Origin: a virus
Length of the DNA: 64,000 bases
Virus record (IMG/VR): IMGVR_UViG_3300000228_000002
Coordinates: 32,001-96,000 of that record
Strand: one strand, 5' to 3'
Below, piece after piece: positions 49,452-60,525 of the stretch. The notes under the pieces are model-generated. The model worked only from the letters and a program-made list of their open reading frames with translations, was not told the DNA's origin and made no database searches. Both the position numbers and the translations under genes were made by a program. Position 1 is the stretch's first letter; each line of letters starts with the position of its first letter.

Positions 49452-49567
49452 GTAAGAGAAATCGAATCACTAATGAGGCTCTCTGCGCTCAGGTCAGAGC
49501 AAGATCATGTGAGGCTTGCGGTAAATCGGTGGCCGGTGAATGCCATCACATCAAGGAAGGTAAATGA
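49448..49567 (+). pseudogene. Truncated HNH-type gene remnant (39 aa)
   Basis: MSKRNRITNEALCAQVRARSCEACGKSVAGECHHIKEGK*: a CxxC..HH half-site only. Confidence 0.5.
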
Positions 49568-50876
49568 ATCAACCACAACAGTTCGGAAATTTAAAACTCA
49601 AACCTATGACGAACCAGGATATCCAAAATTTGGATCAACCTTTGCCACCAACTCCGGATCAACAGCCTGATGAGAATGACATTTTTGTCCAGGCAAGAAA
49701 AATGAATCAACCACAACCGGAAGCATCGAAACCTGCACCGAAAAAGAACGATCTAGAGGATAAAGCAATTAATATGCACCCTGTCCTCAGGAAGCTCAAA
49801 TCGAAACTGGGTATTGATAGAATCACCGTTCACAAGAAATCTGTGTTGGTTGATGGGGAAGTGTTTGAGTTTGGTTTCACAGAGTATTCAGAAGACCTCA
49901 ACATTTGGTGCCTTACTGAGTCTAGAAACCAATTGATCAGAGGCGAAACTGACGAAAAAGCCATGAGCACATACAACATTCTAAGAGTTGGGTGTTCTCT
50001 AGTTTCTATCAATAATTGCCCGTCCTACGAGGTTTATGGGATTGAACCTAGAGAGGGAGAGATTCCAGCTAGCAGTCAATATTTGTTGTCTGATAGACTT
50101 CGCAAAGCCGTAGCTGTCGAATTCAACCAATTCATCACGAAAGAGGGTGTTGCGTTTGTAGACATCCTAGAGCAATTCTGGCAAGAGAAAATTCTATCTA
50201 GGGTTAGCATTATTTCGGGCAATGCACTAGCCCCAAATGAGGGAGCATTCGTCTGCGAAATAGCAGGTTGTACGTTTGTACACACAGGCTCTACGACTAA
50301 AGAACATTATTGTGTCGAACATGGTGTTAAACTCAAAAAGTCGCTAACCCTAGCTGAACAGGATTCACTCCCTTTGGCCTAAAGGCTACTAACCTCGACC
50401 CAGACCTAAAGATTATAGGTCAGTTAGCAGCCAGAGGTGGGTATACACTAGAACAGATTTCGCATATGGATTATGCCGAGATTTTGTATATTCATTATCA
50501 TCAAGACCTAATGGAACAAGCCAGATACCAACAGCTATTCAAGGCTCTTGGTGTGTTGTGGAGTAAAGAAGACCTAGCCAAACCTACCAAGAGAGATCCT
50601 AATGCCCCCGAGCCAGATGAGGTGTTCATACCTTTATCTATGGTTATCAACCCGAAAGTACTGGATATAGTTCGGTCGGACAAATCTTCAAATAGAAAAG
50701 AGGGTGAGGGAGTCAAGGTATTGTCTGATGGTACCCCTATCGATAAATCGCTTGGGCCAGTCAAATCTATGTCAGACCTGACTAAGGACGAGTTCTTCAA
50801 TCTTATTGGACAACCTATGCCATCCAGAATGTCTAAGGAATCCAAAGAGAAAATGAAAGAGAAGTGGGTAAAGTAG
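49564..50876 (+). CDS. Tail assembly chaperone pair (G 49564-50382; GT via -1 frameshift to 50876)
   Basis: C CCT TTG slippery heptamer at 50370-50376, just before the stop. The -1 frame is open (PFGLKATNLDPDL...) into the 50466..50876 ORF. Confidence 0.75.
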
Positions 50877-50900
50877 TGCGTTCTAGGTTAGATTTATAAC

Positions 50901-51404
50901 ATGCCAATATTACTGCCAAACCATGAAAATTTTTCAATAACAGAGTACAATAGCTGTCTGGGTAAACCTTATTTAGCAAAGTTTTGGACCAAGATCAGTG
51001 GGGCAGGTACAGCAACCTTTAGTATACCGGGTATACAGTTTACTGGGATAAGCACATGGATGCTTAACTCGTATATCCCTGTAGAAGTGTTCCAAGGATT
51101 TTTTGCCAACTTTTCACACCATTCACTTACTGGTGCAGCAACTGTTGCAATAAGTGTTGAATGCTACGATGACACTAAGGTACTATTAGGTACTAGAAAC
51201 TGTTTTTTCTCTGGTGCTTCACCAGTAGGATATACTAACGTTCAAGCATTTATCACTGGTAGCGGAGCCACTGCAACCAATTACATTGCAGGCACGTATT
51301 TCATCAGAGTGAAGGTTACAGTATCAGCCAATACTGGTAACTACTTTCTGTACAGACCATATTTTGACTACATGCCATATGCCCAACAAGCTCTCTACGT
51401 CTAA
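50901..51404 (+). CDS. Beta-sandwich protein, probably virion-associated
   Basis: Beta-rich, G/T/S-rich, with a carbohydrate-binding-like pattern. Confidence 0.5.
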   Translation: MPILLPNHENFSITEYNSCLGKPYLAKFWTKISGAGTATFSIPGIQFTGISTWMLNSYIPVEVFQGFFANFSHHSLTGAATVAISVECYDDTKVLLGTRNCFFSGASPVGYTNVQAFITGSGATATNYIAGTYFIRVKVTVSANTGNYFLYRPYFDYMPYAQQALYV

Positions 51405-51446
51405 TTTCCTTTCCTAAAAAGCGTTATAATACGTGAAGGAAAAGCT

Positions 51447-51998
51447 ATGAGACTTGCTCTTGTCAGGAATAAAGAAAAGCATAACGGGTTCACCATTAAA
51501 GACTTGGATTCGGACACTGAATTCTTCTATTTAGATGGAAATGGTAGTTGTTCCCTTCCGACTATCATGCTTTCAGTAGATCCACACGTAGTGTATGGTA
51601 TGAGTCACCCATCTACTGTCACAAGACTATTCCAGGATGGGCCGCAGATTCTTTTGACCACAAAAAAGCTAGCTCATACACTCTATGAGCACGGAATGAA
51701 AGCCTGTTGGAGCCAAATTGTTCTCGGTAACACCCCAGTGTATACCCAGATGAACACCTTCTACACAGTTCAGGATGAGTTCGAGTTCTCGCCATATAAA
51801 GGCATTACCATTATTGCAAAAGTTCATGGTAAAGAAGACAAACCATTCTTGGAAATTGTGGTTAAAACTGGTGCAGATCCAGTGTACTACAACAAGGCTT
51901 ATGTGATTTGCCCTTCTGGCATAAAACCGCAGGTTAATAACCCTGTGGAGAAGTTCATAAATCCCGACACAATCATGGATTATGCACTGATAGCTTAA
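51447..51998 (+). CDS. Hypothetical protein
   Basis: TATAAT and an AAGGA RBS upstream. Confidence 0.6.
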   Translation: MRLALVRNKEKHNGFTIKDLDSDTEFFYLDGNGSCSLPTIMLSVDPHVVYGMSHPSTVTRLFQDGPQILLTTKKLAHTLYEHGMKACWSQIVLGNTPVYTQMNTFYTVQDEFEFSPYKGITIIAKVHGKEDKPFLEIVVKTGADPVYYNKAYVICPSGIKPQVNNPVEKFINPDTIMDYALIA

Positions 51999-52931
51999 AT
52001 GTCTGAGAAGTTAATACATTTAATCATAAACGAATTGAGCGGACTCAATTATCACCCAGTTAGTGATAAGAGGATCAAAATTCATTGTCCGTTCCACACG
52101 GACTCTAACCCATCTCTAAACGTAGCTTTAGGTCACCCAAAGTTACCTCCTGGTTCGTTCAAATGTTTCTCCTGTGGTGAGAAAGGAACGTGGAACAAGT
52201 TAGCCGAAAGGCTCAAGCTCAAAACCTATCATGATGGCGATCTAAAGAAGTACTATGATAAATCGCAGAAATTTGATGACGATCCATTTCAGGATTTAGG
52301 CAAGGAAATACAAAGAGCCATCGGTGGTGGTGACAATCTTTATGTAAAGGATGGTTTAGAGGAATTGCCATTTGACTTTCAATGGAGAGGAATAGGCAGA
52401 GACTTCTGGATTGGCCTTGGTTGCCAGTATTATTGGGACTACAAAAAGGATCAATTCTATCTCTACATGCCAATGACCATGTATGGTAAGTACATTGGAT
52501 ACACTTTATCAGCAATGACACCGGATCCGGATCACGGAGTTCCTAAGTATCAAACATTTGCCCAGACGGAGTTTGCCCTTCTCAACTACGATAGTCTGGT
52601 TCCCAATAGCACAATAGTAATTGTTGAAGGGCATTTTGACACATGGAGAATGATGAGTTACAGGTTCAACTGTACGGGCATGATAGGAACTGAAAACTGG
52701 TCCAAATACAAGACAGCTTCCATTAAGGCAAAACTACCTAAAAGGGTGATAATATGTACTGATGGCGATCAACCTGGATACAAGGCCGGAAATATGCTCA
52801 ATGAGCTATTTACCGCCGAAGGAATCGACACCGTCTATTACAAACTGCCAGAATTTCCAAAACCTAATGCACTCGACCCAGGCAACATGCCAATAGAGTA
52901 CATCGAAGATCTTAGAAGGTATATCATATGA
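51999..52931 (+). CDS. DNA primase (CHC2 zinc finger + TOPRIM)
   Basis: CPFH.D..PS...CFSCG; IVEG.FD; TDGDQPG; DPG. Confidence 0.9.
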   Translation: MSEKLIHLIINELSGLNYHPVSDKRIKIHCPFHTDSNPSLNVALGHPKLPPGSFKCFSCGEKGTWNKLAERLKLKTYHDGDLKKYYDKSQKFDDDPFQDLGKEIQRAIGGGDNLYVKDGLEELPFDFQWRGIGRDFWIGLGCQYYWDYKKDQFYLYMPMTMYGKYIGYTLSAMTPDPDHGVPKYQTFAQTEFALLNYDSLVPNSTIVIVEGHFDTWRMMSYRFNCTGMIGTENWSKYKTASIKAKLPKRVIICTDGDQPGYKAGNMLNELFTAEGIDTVYYKLPEFPKPNALDPGNMPIEYIEDLRRYII

Positions 52932-55213
52932 AGTTGAAAAGAGTCACTATCAAGAATATCAGAACTTTCAAAGAGGAAACATTTCCTCTTGAGGATAGAG
53001 GATTAGTCTCTATCATTGGTATGAACGGTGCCGGTAAGACCACCCTATTCAATGCAATACGAGCCAACCTATTCAATGCAATGAACGACAAGTCAAAATT
53101 TGACGACCTTGTCAGAAATAAGAAAGATGCACAGATAGTTGTCGAATTCGAGAATAACGGAAAAGAGTACGTGTCCGACTTATCTCGTATCAAAGGCAAG
53201 TGGATATACGAAATTCTAGAAGATAGGGTCAATGTCACTCCTCATAATCAGATCGACGCTAGAAAGATACCAGCTATTGCTATCGGTATCACTGCAGAAG
53301 AATGGGATGCGGCTATTCAGCTTTCTCAGAAAGGTTCACATGTTCTAGTTTCAGGGACACCAGCCAAAAGAAAAGAGTACATCTCCGAATTCTTTGGAAT
53401 CGATGATAAGTACGACGTAATTCAAGACAAATCAAAAGAAGAATTAAAGTCAGTAGAAGCGGCTATTAGAGAAATCGAGTCTTATTCACACACCAAACAA
53501 GCATTAGAAGAAGAACTAAAGCAAACCCACGTTGTTGATGTCAGCACGGAAGAAGCCAAAGTACAAGAACTTGGAAACAAAATCCAGGAAATCAAGAAGA
53601 AAGCAGATGCTCTTAGAGGTGTTCTTACTCTTCAGAGAACTTGGGAGCAGTACTCAGCCGATGCCTATCCTGCAGAATTTGAGCAGGTAGATGCATCTGC
53701 ATGGCTACACCACTTCCAAAATGAGAAATTGTCTCTTGAATCAAGAGTAAACAACTACAAGAAAGCTAGTGAATATAACACTAGAGTAGAAGTTTCTAAT
53801 CAGCAATACGACAGTCTTGAGAAGTGGTTGAGTGACAATAGCCTATTAGCATCAAGATATACTGAACCATCAAGCGCATATGTGAACGAGAGAGCAACAC
53901 TGAGAGCCAAAAAGCAGATTGCTCAATCACGGAACCTTTACACTACCCAATTGAAAGAACTTCAACACCTAGAAGGGAAAGTTCTACAAGACACGACTAG
54001 CGACGAACGGGCTCTATCGGAAATGAGATCAGAGTATGCTGTTATGTCTGCTAAGTACACGGCCACTATGAACGGTAAATGTCCAACCTGCGGATCTGAG
54101 TTTTCTCATGATCATGTTATGGGCGACTATCAAAAGTTAGTAGACCTAGGGAACAAGATCACAGAGTACGACCAAAAGATTGCTGCTATCAAAATCGAGA
54201 ACGTTCAAATAGGGAAATACTCAAGCATTCAACAGCAACTAGCCAACATTCCAGAATTTACTTCGAATGAAGACCTTCATCTTTCTGGCCTTGAGCAAGA
54301 TATAGACAAGGTAATCGACTATCAGAACAAGAAGAAAGTCTTTGAAGGTATGACCAAATCAGAGCCGATGGATTTAGGGGTTCTACCTACTGAACAAGAA
54401 GTGGCTCAAAACAAAGTGAACCTTGACTTCTACCAGAAAATGGTCAATGCTCGATCTATCTGTCCTCAGTCTGCCCCATCAGAAATTTCATCTACTGAAA
54501 TCGAAGCTGAGATTTCAAGAATGTCAAAAGAAGTTCTGCCTCTTGAAGAAGAAATAGTAGTTCTACGTTCTTCTATTATGGCAGCAGACAAGATGAAACA
54601 ATCCAAGAAGAGAATTGAGGACCAGATTGAAACTATCAATCAGAAATTTGGAACTCTGGGTAAACTCCACGAAGAGGAGCTATTCTGGAAATCTATGGTG
54701 TTTGCCTATGGTCCTAAGGGTTTAAGAGTTATTCAGTTACAAAAAATTATGGACCTGATCCTCTCAGTTCTGCCTGCTTATACTGCCAGAATGTTCAATG
54801 GCAAGAGAATATCTTTCTCAACCGAGGTAGATGCTGGTAGTATTTCCATTATTGCCACACGTGAAGATGACGAAGGTACCTATACCAACGATATTTCAAG
54901 CTTGTCCGGTGGTGAGGCATCTAAGATGACAGTGTGTCTAATCTTTGCAGTAGCCAAAGCAAGATTGGCCAAGAAGAAATCCAATATTATCGTCTTGGAT
55001 GAGGTTGATGCTCAAGTGGATGAAGAAGGGAAATTCTTGTTCGTAAATGAGCTCCTACCTATGATGAGAGATGAATTCGAGTCAGTATTCGTTATTTCTC
55101 ACTCTAAGGACACATCGCAGACAGCAATTTTCGACGAGAACCTGTTGTTCAGCAAGCCAGAGAATCTTCACTACACTGAAATAAGAAGCTTGGGTAAGTC
55201 GATAGGGAACTGA
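52928..55213 (+). CDS. sbcC: SbcC/Rad50/gp46-like ATPase
   Basis: GMNGAGKT, coiled coil with a CPTC hook, LSGGE, LDEVD, ISH. Confidence 0.92.
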   Translation: MKLKRVTIKNIRTFKEETFPLEDRGLVSIIGMNGAGKTTLFNAIRANLFNAMNDKSKFDDLVRNKKDAQIVVEFENNGKEYVSDLSRIKGKWIYEILEDRVNVTPHNQIDARKIPAIAIGITAEEWDAAIQLSQKGSHVLVSGTPAKRKEYISEFFGIDDKYDVIQDKSKEELKSVEAAIREIESYSHTKQALEEELKQTHVVDVSTEEAKVQELGNKIQEIKKKADALRGVLTLQRTWEQYSADAYPAEFEQVDASAWLHHFQNEKLSLESRVNNYKKASEYNTRVEVSNQQYDSLEKWLSDNSLLASRYTEPSSAYVNERATLRAKKQIAQSRNLYTTQLKELQHLEGKVLQDTTSDERALSEMRSEYAVMSAKYTATMNGKCPTCGSEFSHDHVMGDYQKLVDLGNKITEYDQKIAAIKIENVQIGKYSSIQQQLANIPEFTSNEDLHLSGLEQDIDKVIDYQNKKKVFEGMTKSEPMDLGVLPTEQEVAQNKVNLDFYQKMVNARSICPQSAPSEISSTEIEAEISRMSKEVLPLEEEIVVLRSSIMAADKMKQSKKRIEDQIETINQKFGTLGKLHEEELFWKSMVFAYGPKGLRVIQLQKIMDLILSVLPAYTARMFNGKRISFSTEVDAGSISIIATREDDEGTYTNDISSLSGGEASKMTVCLIFAVAKARLAKKKSNIIVLDEVDAQVDEEGKFLFVNELLPMMRDEFESVFVISHSKDTSQTAIFDENLLFSKPENLHYTEIRSLGKSIGN

Positions 55214-55283
55214 TTTTCGCTCCCCGTTAGTTAATTTCTAAGAAAAGCAAGCCACCTCCCTTGAAGGTGCTTTAACTAATGGG

Positions 55284-55511
55284 TTGTTTATGGTCGTTCG
55301 TTCTTACTACAAAGATGGAGCTTTATCAGGTATCATCGAAGTCACAAAAATGGTTGACTCGAAGCCAGCTCAGTATCAAATGTGCCTGATCCACTCGATC
55401 AACGGCATACTGTTAAAGAAAGATTTTGATTCAGCAGACAAGGCCTTTAGTAAGGCTACCACTCTCGGCTACATCAGAACGAAATGGAATACTAAAGAGA
55501 TCAAACTATGA
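55284..55511 (+). CDS. Hypothetical protein
   Basis: ATGA-coupled to the collagen-like gene. Confidence 0.55.
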   Translation: MFMVVRSYYKDGALSGIIEVTKMVDSKPAQYQMCLIHSINGILLKKDFDSADKAFSKATTLGYIRTKWNTKEIKL

Positions 55512-58168
55512 GTACATTGCAAAATGGATATTTAAGAATATATAACCAATTAGTGGCATATCCGCTTACTATCAAAATTGATTTGATTGGTGATGTAGCC
55601 AAGTCCATTAGTCTGGATGCTAATGGTTACGAAGATATTCCACTGGAAATCTATTTTGCAGGTGTGTCTGACTTAGTGGTATTGCGTGAACAAGGTCTGA
55701 TAACCTACGATGATCCAACTTTCATCTCTAATGGTGTTACTGGTCCACGTGGTGCCACAGGGCCAGGTGTTGGTGAACAGGGTGTTACTGGTCCACAGGG
55801 TATCCAAGGAGAGCAAGGCTCAACTGGGGTCCAAGGTATTCAAGGGAACACTGGATCTCAAGGTCAAACAGGTATTCAAGGTCTTGGTCAAACTGGTTTA
55901 CAAGGACCACAAGGTACTCAAGGTCAAACAGGTATTCAAGGTCTTGGTCAAACTGGTTTACAAGGTGAAACCGGCATTCAGGGACCACAAGGTGATGCAG
56001 GGTCTACTGGTATTCAAGGACCAATTGGATCGACTGGTATAGACGGTATTCTAGGAGCACAAGGTCCAGCAGGGTCTACTGGTGCAGGAATTCAAGGCCC
56101 AACTGGTGCTCAAGGAAATCAAGGACAACAAGGAACTACTGGTCTGCAAGGGCCACAAGGGTTTATGGGTGTTACAGGAGCACAAGGCCATCAAGGAACT
56201 CAAGGTCAGCAAGGTCAACAAGGTACCACTGGCTTCGGAATAACTGGTCAACAAGGTACTACTGGTCAATCTGGTATTAACGGATCTCAAGGTCAAACCG
56301 GGGTTCAGGGTGTACAAGGTCAAACTGGTGTCCGTGGTGATGATGGGGTAGACGGTGCAGCTGGCCCTCAAGGACAACAAGGAACAACCGGTGCTCAAGG
56401 TGCCAAAGGCTCTACGGGGCTTAAAGGCGACACAGGATCTCAAGGTATTCCGGGTACCCAAGGACAACAAGGTACCACTGGTTTTGGTATTCAAGGTCAA
56501 ACTGGTGTCCAAGGCTCACAAGGACCACAAGGGACTACGGGGGTTGGCACAGTAGGGACTACGGGACAACAAGGTCCTACGGGTATCTCTGGACTACAAG
56601 GAAATACTGGTGTTAAGGGTTCTCAGGGGACAACTGGTGCCACTGGCGATCAGGGGTCAACTGGTGCGGCTGGAATTCAGGGTCAAACTGGTGCTCAGGG
56701 TCAACAGGGTAATCAAGGTGTAACTGGTGCTCAAGGTGAGACAGGTGCCAAAGGTGCTACTGGTTTTGGTGTAACCGGATCCAAAGGTGACACTGGTGCA
56801 CAAGGATCTCAAGGTGAGACTGGATTGGCTGGCACTACAGGTGCTCAAGGTACCACGGGATCACAAGGCCAACGCGGAGCTACTGGTCTACAGGGTAATG
56901 ATGGAAGTGATGGAACGACAGGTGTTAAAGGTGTAACTGGTGTACAAGGTGTAACTGGTGCCACTATATATGGACCAACTGGTCTGCAGGGACCAACAGG
57001 TCAACGTGGAGCTACCGGACAGGGAACTCCTGGTACTCAGGGGGCTACTGGTGTCCAGGGTGACAAAGGTCATACAGGCTTATCAGGAAGCCAGGGGACT
57101 ACAGGTATCCGTGGAGAGCAAGGCGAAACTGGAACACAAGGGGTACAAGGTACTCAAGGTGTAATTGGATCTCAAGGTCATACGGGTGTTGTAGGTCAAA
57201 TAGGAGCAACAGGCGTTGCAGGCAGCATAGGATCACTTGGAGCAACCGGTGTTCAAGGTTCTCAAGGAACCACGGGTGCTAGAGGACATACAGGAGCATT
57301 GGGTGAAACTGGTGTTGCTGGTGAAACTGGTATATCAGGACCGACTGGTGTCCAAGGTGACACTGGGGTACGTGGTCACACAGGTGCTGATGGTATCGGT
57401 ATTCAAGGTCAAACAGGTACAGCTGGACCACAGGGTGTCCAAGGAAACGTAGGGTTTACAGGACTTCAAGGTGGTCAGGGCGATACTGGTGTTCAGGGTA
57501 ATACAGGAATTCAAGGACAAACCGGAATTCAAGGACAAACCGGAATTCAAGGTTCTACAGGTACTCAAGGTCTAGGAATAACTGGTTTAAGAGGACCCAC
57601 TGGGCCACAAGGTACAACTGGACCGCAAGGTGTGGGGGCTACTGGTCTACAAGGTATTCCAGGTGTCCAAGGTGAGCAAGGTGAAACAGGCCCAGCAGGT
57701 GTAGGATTCACCGGTTTACAAGGCCCACAAGGTGCCCCAGGAACAATTGGCCCACAAGGTGAAACTGGTATCCAAGGTGACGACGGTGGTGAGGGTATTC
57801 AAGGTCCTATCGGTGCTACGGGTATCCAAGGAACAACTGGTCCTCTCGGGCAAACAGGTGTTCAAGGAACAACTGGTCCACTAGGTAACACTGGTGTTCA
57901 AGGTACAACTGGCCCAGACTTCTCAGCAGACAGAAGAATAGGTGTGACAGCCATTGCCAATGCTTCTGATACTATAGTTGTAGCATTTACCACTTTAGGT
58001 ACCACAAATTATTCTGTTTTGGTTGAAGTTCAGAACACGGTAGACCCGACACCATTGCATTTCTCACATACTATCATAGCTAAATCGAATACAGGATTTA
58101 CCATAAAGATGAATGCAGTTACTGATTCGGCAAACTATATTCTGAATTGGCTTGCTATAAGATACTAA
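55508..58168 (+). CDS. Collagen-like fibre protein
   Basis: About 730 aa of G-X-Y, mostly alternating GxT/GxQ, with a C-terminal beta domain (...TGFTI...NWLAI). Confidence 0.9.
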   Translation: MSTLQNGYLRIYNQLVAYPLTIKIDLIGDVAKSISLDANGYEDIPLEIYFAGVSDLVVLREQGLITYDDPTFISNGVTGPRGATGPGVGEQGVTGPQGIQGEQGSTGVQGIQGNTGSQGQTGIQGLGQTGLQGPQGTQGQTGIQGLGQTGLQGETGIQGPQGDAGSTGIQGPIGSTGIDGILGAQGPAGSTGAGIQGPTGAQGNQGQQGTTGLQGPQGFMGVTGAQGHQGTQGQQGQQGTTGFGITGQQGTTGQSGINGSQGQTGVQGVQGQTGVRGDDGVDGAAGPQGQQGTTGAQGAKGSTGLKGDTGSQGIPGTQGQQGTTGFGIQGQTGVQGSQGPQGTTGVGTVGTTGQQGPTGISGLQGNTGVKGSQGTTGATGDQGSTGAAGIQGQTGAQGQQGNQGVTGAQGETGAKGATGFGVTGSKGDTGAQGSQGETGLAGTTGAQGTTGSQGQRGATGLQGNDGSDGTTGVKGVTGVQGVTGATIYGPTGLQGPTGQRGATGQGTPGTQGATGVQGDKGHTGLSGSQGTTGIRGEQGETGTQGVQGTQGVIGSQGHTGVVGQIGATGVAGSIGSLGATGVQGSQGTTGARGHTGALGETGVAGETGISGPTGVQGDTGVRGHTGADGIGIQGQTGTAGPQGVQGNVGFTGLQGGQGDTGVQGNTGIQGQTGIQGQTGIQGSTGTQGLGITGLRGPTGPQGTTGPQGVGATGLQGIPGVQGEQGETGPAGVGFTGLQGPQGAPGTIGPQGETGIQGDDGGEGIQGPIGATGIQGTTGPLGQTGVQGTTGPLGNTGVQGTTGPDFSADRRIGVTAIANASDTIVVAFTTLGTTNYSVLVEVQNTVDPTPLHFSHTIIAKSNTGFTIKMNAVTDSANYILNWLAIRY
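55857..55965 (+). repeat. Perfect internal duplication (60-bp period) in the collagen gene
   Basis: 55857-55905 is identical to 55917-55965. Confidence 0.85.
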
Positions 58169-58170
58169 TC

Positions 58171-59289
58171 TTATACAGTCATTACTGGGAATAAGTATTC
58201 TACAACACCAGAAGCACTTTGTTCTTGGTAGTATACTGCTTTCTTATTTCCGTACCAGAGGAATGTATCTTCAAGCAATTGGGTGAATTCCTCGAACGAT
58301 TTAGTATGCACGTTGATCACAAATTGAGCAACATTTTCATACATTTCGAGACTATTGAATTTGATTCCATTATAGGTAACTCCACCAGACTTAGAATTCG
58401 TATACCCTAGATCAAGTTCTTTCGAAGCAGCCTTGATTTTGAGTTGGATATGTGTTACTGCCTTCTTATCGTTCGTGCTTCCACTAATCGACTTAATTGC
58501 AGAAGTCAGTTCTTTCTTCTCTAAGTTACCACCAAAAGCCCAACTACTGTATCCTTCGAGAATAGACTGAAATCTATCCACATCGTCGGTAAGTTGAGCA
58601 GACACCAGAAGCATGCTACCAGAACGAATTTTGACTGCCATTTCCTGGACTTCAATTGTGGTAATTCCTTCTTTTTCCAAATACTTGTTAAGGAACGAAC
58701 TGAGAATGATTCTAGGTATAACCACTTTGAATTCTGGTGTAGACTCGCCTGAAGTAGTAAATCTGCACAAGCTATAACCATCAGAAGCAGATATTTCTAT
58801 TCCCTTCTCTGTGGACTTGATCTCCACAGGTGCCTTATTGGCATCCCCACGGTAGAATGAATATGGAAGTTTCACTTTTTGAACAGCTTTAAGTAATGCA
58901 CTATTATTAATAGTGACACTCTCAATTGCCTTAACTTTCCTTTCTCTGAGCTCCTGATGTTGGAAGTCAGAGCGAATCTCAACCTTTAGTTTCCCTGAAT
59001 TGACATAAACCGTGTTACTCATGAAATCAATAGTAGCTTCTTTAGTCGGATATTTAAGTTTGGCAATGTTCTTGATGTCAAAGCTAAAGCCCTTCATATC
59101 GAGCTTGTTTTCTACAACTTCGAACACTCCTATGAACTTCAACTGCACTATTTCATTTTGCAGAGATATAGACTTGTCCTCAATGTGGACACCGATGACG
59201 GATCTCTTTTTGAGAGACATCTCGGAGTATTTCAAGACAATGTCCACTATATTCTGCAGGTCTTCTACTGCAATTGTTAATTTGAGCAA
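58171..59289 (-). CDS. dnaN: Sliding clamp, DNA Pol III beta-like
   Basis: 372 aa; ASDGYSL (cf. ATDGHRL), VVIPR, C-terminal YLFPV. Confidence 0.75.
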   Translation of the reverse strand: MLKLTIAVEDLQNIVDIVLKYSEMSLKKRSVIGVHIEDKSISLQNEIVQLKFIGVFEVVENKLDMKGFSFDIKNIAKLKYPTKEATIDFMSNTVYVNSGKLKVEIRSDFQHQELRERKVKAIESVTINNSALLKAVQKVKLPYSFYRGDANKAPVEIKSTEKGIEISASDGYSLCRFTTSGESTPEFKVVIPRIILSSFLNKYLEKEGITTIEVQEMAVKIRSGSMLLVSAQLTDDVDRFQSILEGYSSWAFGGNLEKKELTSAIKSISGSTNDKKAVTHIQLKIKAASKELDLGYTNSKSGGVTYNGIKFNSLEMYENVAQFVINVHTKSFEEFTQLLEDTFLWYGNKKAVYYQEQSASGVVEYLFPVMTV

Positions 59290-59300
59290 GTGAGGTTCCT

Positions 59301-60512
59301 TTGAAAATATCAGCTATCATAGACAGCAACGTTGTATCAGGTACGATTTTATTGGACGACTTAAGTCCTTTGACTCTGACACTTATCCACAGATACATAG
59401 ACTCTGGTGTTGCCAAGCATCTTACTATAAACACAGTAAATTGTCAACCTCATAAAACAGTCTTCGATTTCGCCTTTTTAAATCCTTATTATGTGGAAAA
59501 TCTTTTTGTTGACGTTAATGGAACACTACAAGAAGTGATGCAACCAGGCACTGATCAATTGGACGATACACCTAATCCGTTGAACGACCAGGTTTACACT
59601 GAGAATCAAATTCCAGTTCTTGCTGAAGTGGAAATCTTGGAGGTAGAACCGGTCATGAGGGACTTCAATCAAGAATTTGAAGCTCTGTCTCACTCCCCTG
59701 CTCCCAACCTTATCAACATGGAAGATTACTCTGCCAACTCTCATTTCATTTTCGATGACAAGGGGATCAGGTTCACTGCAAACGGCCTAGTTACTATAGC
59801 CTCAGATGTTTTTGAATTGAACCACTCATCTGAATTGACCGTAGCTATTCTTGGTGATGCACCAAATAAAGCACGACTGGTACTGATAAACCAATCAGGG
59901 CAGGAAAGAATTGTTCTACTGGAATCACCATATGACCTCTACGATAGGAAATGCTTTTCTACTTCGGTAGTCTCCTCTACTATGGAAGCCAGAATAGAAT
60001 TAGACTACGAGACAGAAACAGATGCTAGAAACATCAGAATAAAAGATATTTATGTAGGCAAGACTGCACAATACTTCGAATCCCCTGATATGGATAACAG
60101 AGTTGTGAAAGAAGTGGATATCACCACTTACACATCGACTTCTTTCATATTTGACTTCGAAAGACTACCACCATTTGGTTTGAGAACTTTACTTGATTTC
60201 ATAGATCCAAGCGGATTGAAGATTCAATTTTCCAATTCAAGAGTTAGAGTAAGCAAAAGAGTTAATGGTACTGTGACTCAGACTATTATGTCTCCCATCG
60301 TGGATAACACGAAACAGATTGGAGTGGTTATCGACGACTTCGGTCTGAAGATTTACTCCAACAACATCGTAGTAAAAGAGACACAATTTGAGATGCCAGT
60401 GGAACCAGGCGACTATGCAGCCAGTTTGGGGTCAACCCCTTCTGATCCGGACTATGACTCCAATACTGTCTTGAAATTGGTAGTAGTTAATAAAAATCCT
60501 TTCGAAAGCTAA
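59301..60512 (+). CDS. Hypothetical beta-rich protein
   Basis: 403 aa; the C-terminus has a LamG-like pattern. Confidence 0.55.
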   Translation: MKISAIIDSNVVSGTILLDDLSPLTLTLIHRYIDSGVAKHLTINTVNCQPHKTVFDFAFLNPYYVENLFVDVNGTLQEVMQPGTDQLDDTPNPLNDQVYTENQIPVLAEVEILEVEPVMRDFNQEFEALSHSPAPNLINMEDYSANSHFIFDDKGIRFTANGLVTIASDVFELNHSSELTVAILGDAPNKARLVLINQSGQERIVLLESPYDLYDRKCFSTSVVSSTMEARIELDYETETDARNIRIKDIYVGKTAQYFESPDMDNRVVKEVDITTYTSTSFIFDFERLPPFGLRTLLDFIDPSGLKIQFSNSRVRVSKRVNGTVTQTIMSPIVDNTKQIGVVIDDFGLKIYSNNIVVKETQFEMPVEPGDYAASLGSTPSDPDYDSNTVLKLVVVNKNPFES

Positions 60513-60525
60513 TTCAAGAGGTAAC

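Noticed and set aside
55857-55965. Repeat pairs as diversity-generating retroelement TR/VR
   Set aside because: The copies are identical and adjacent with no adenine-specific differences, and there is no reverse transcriptase in the window.
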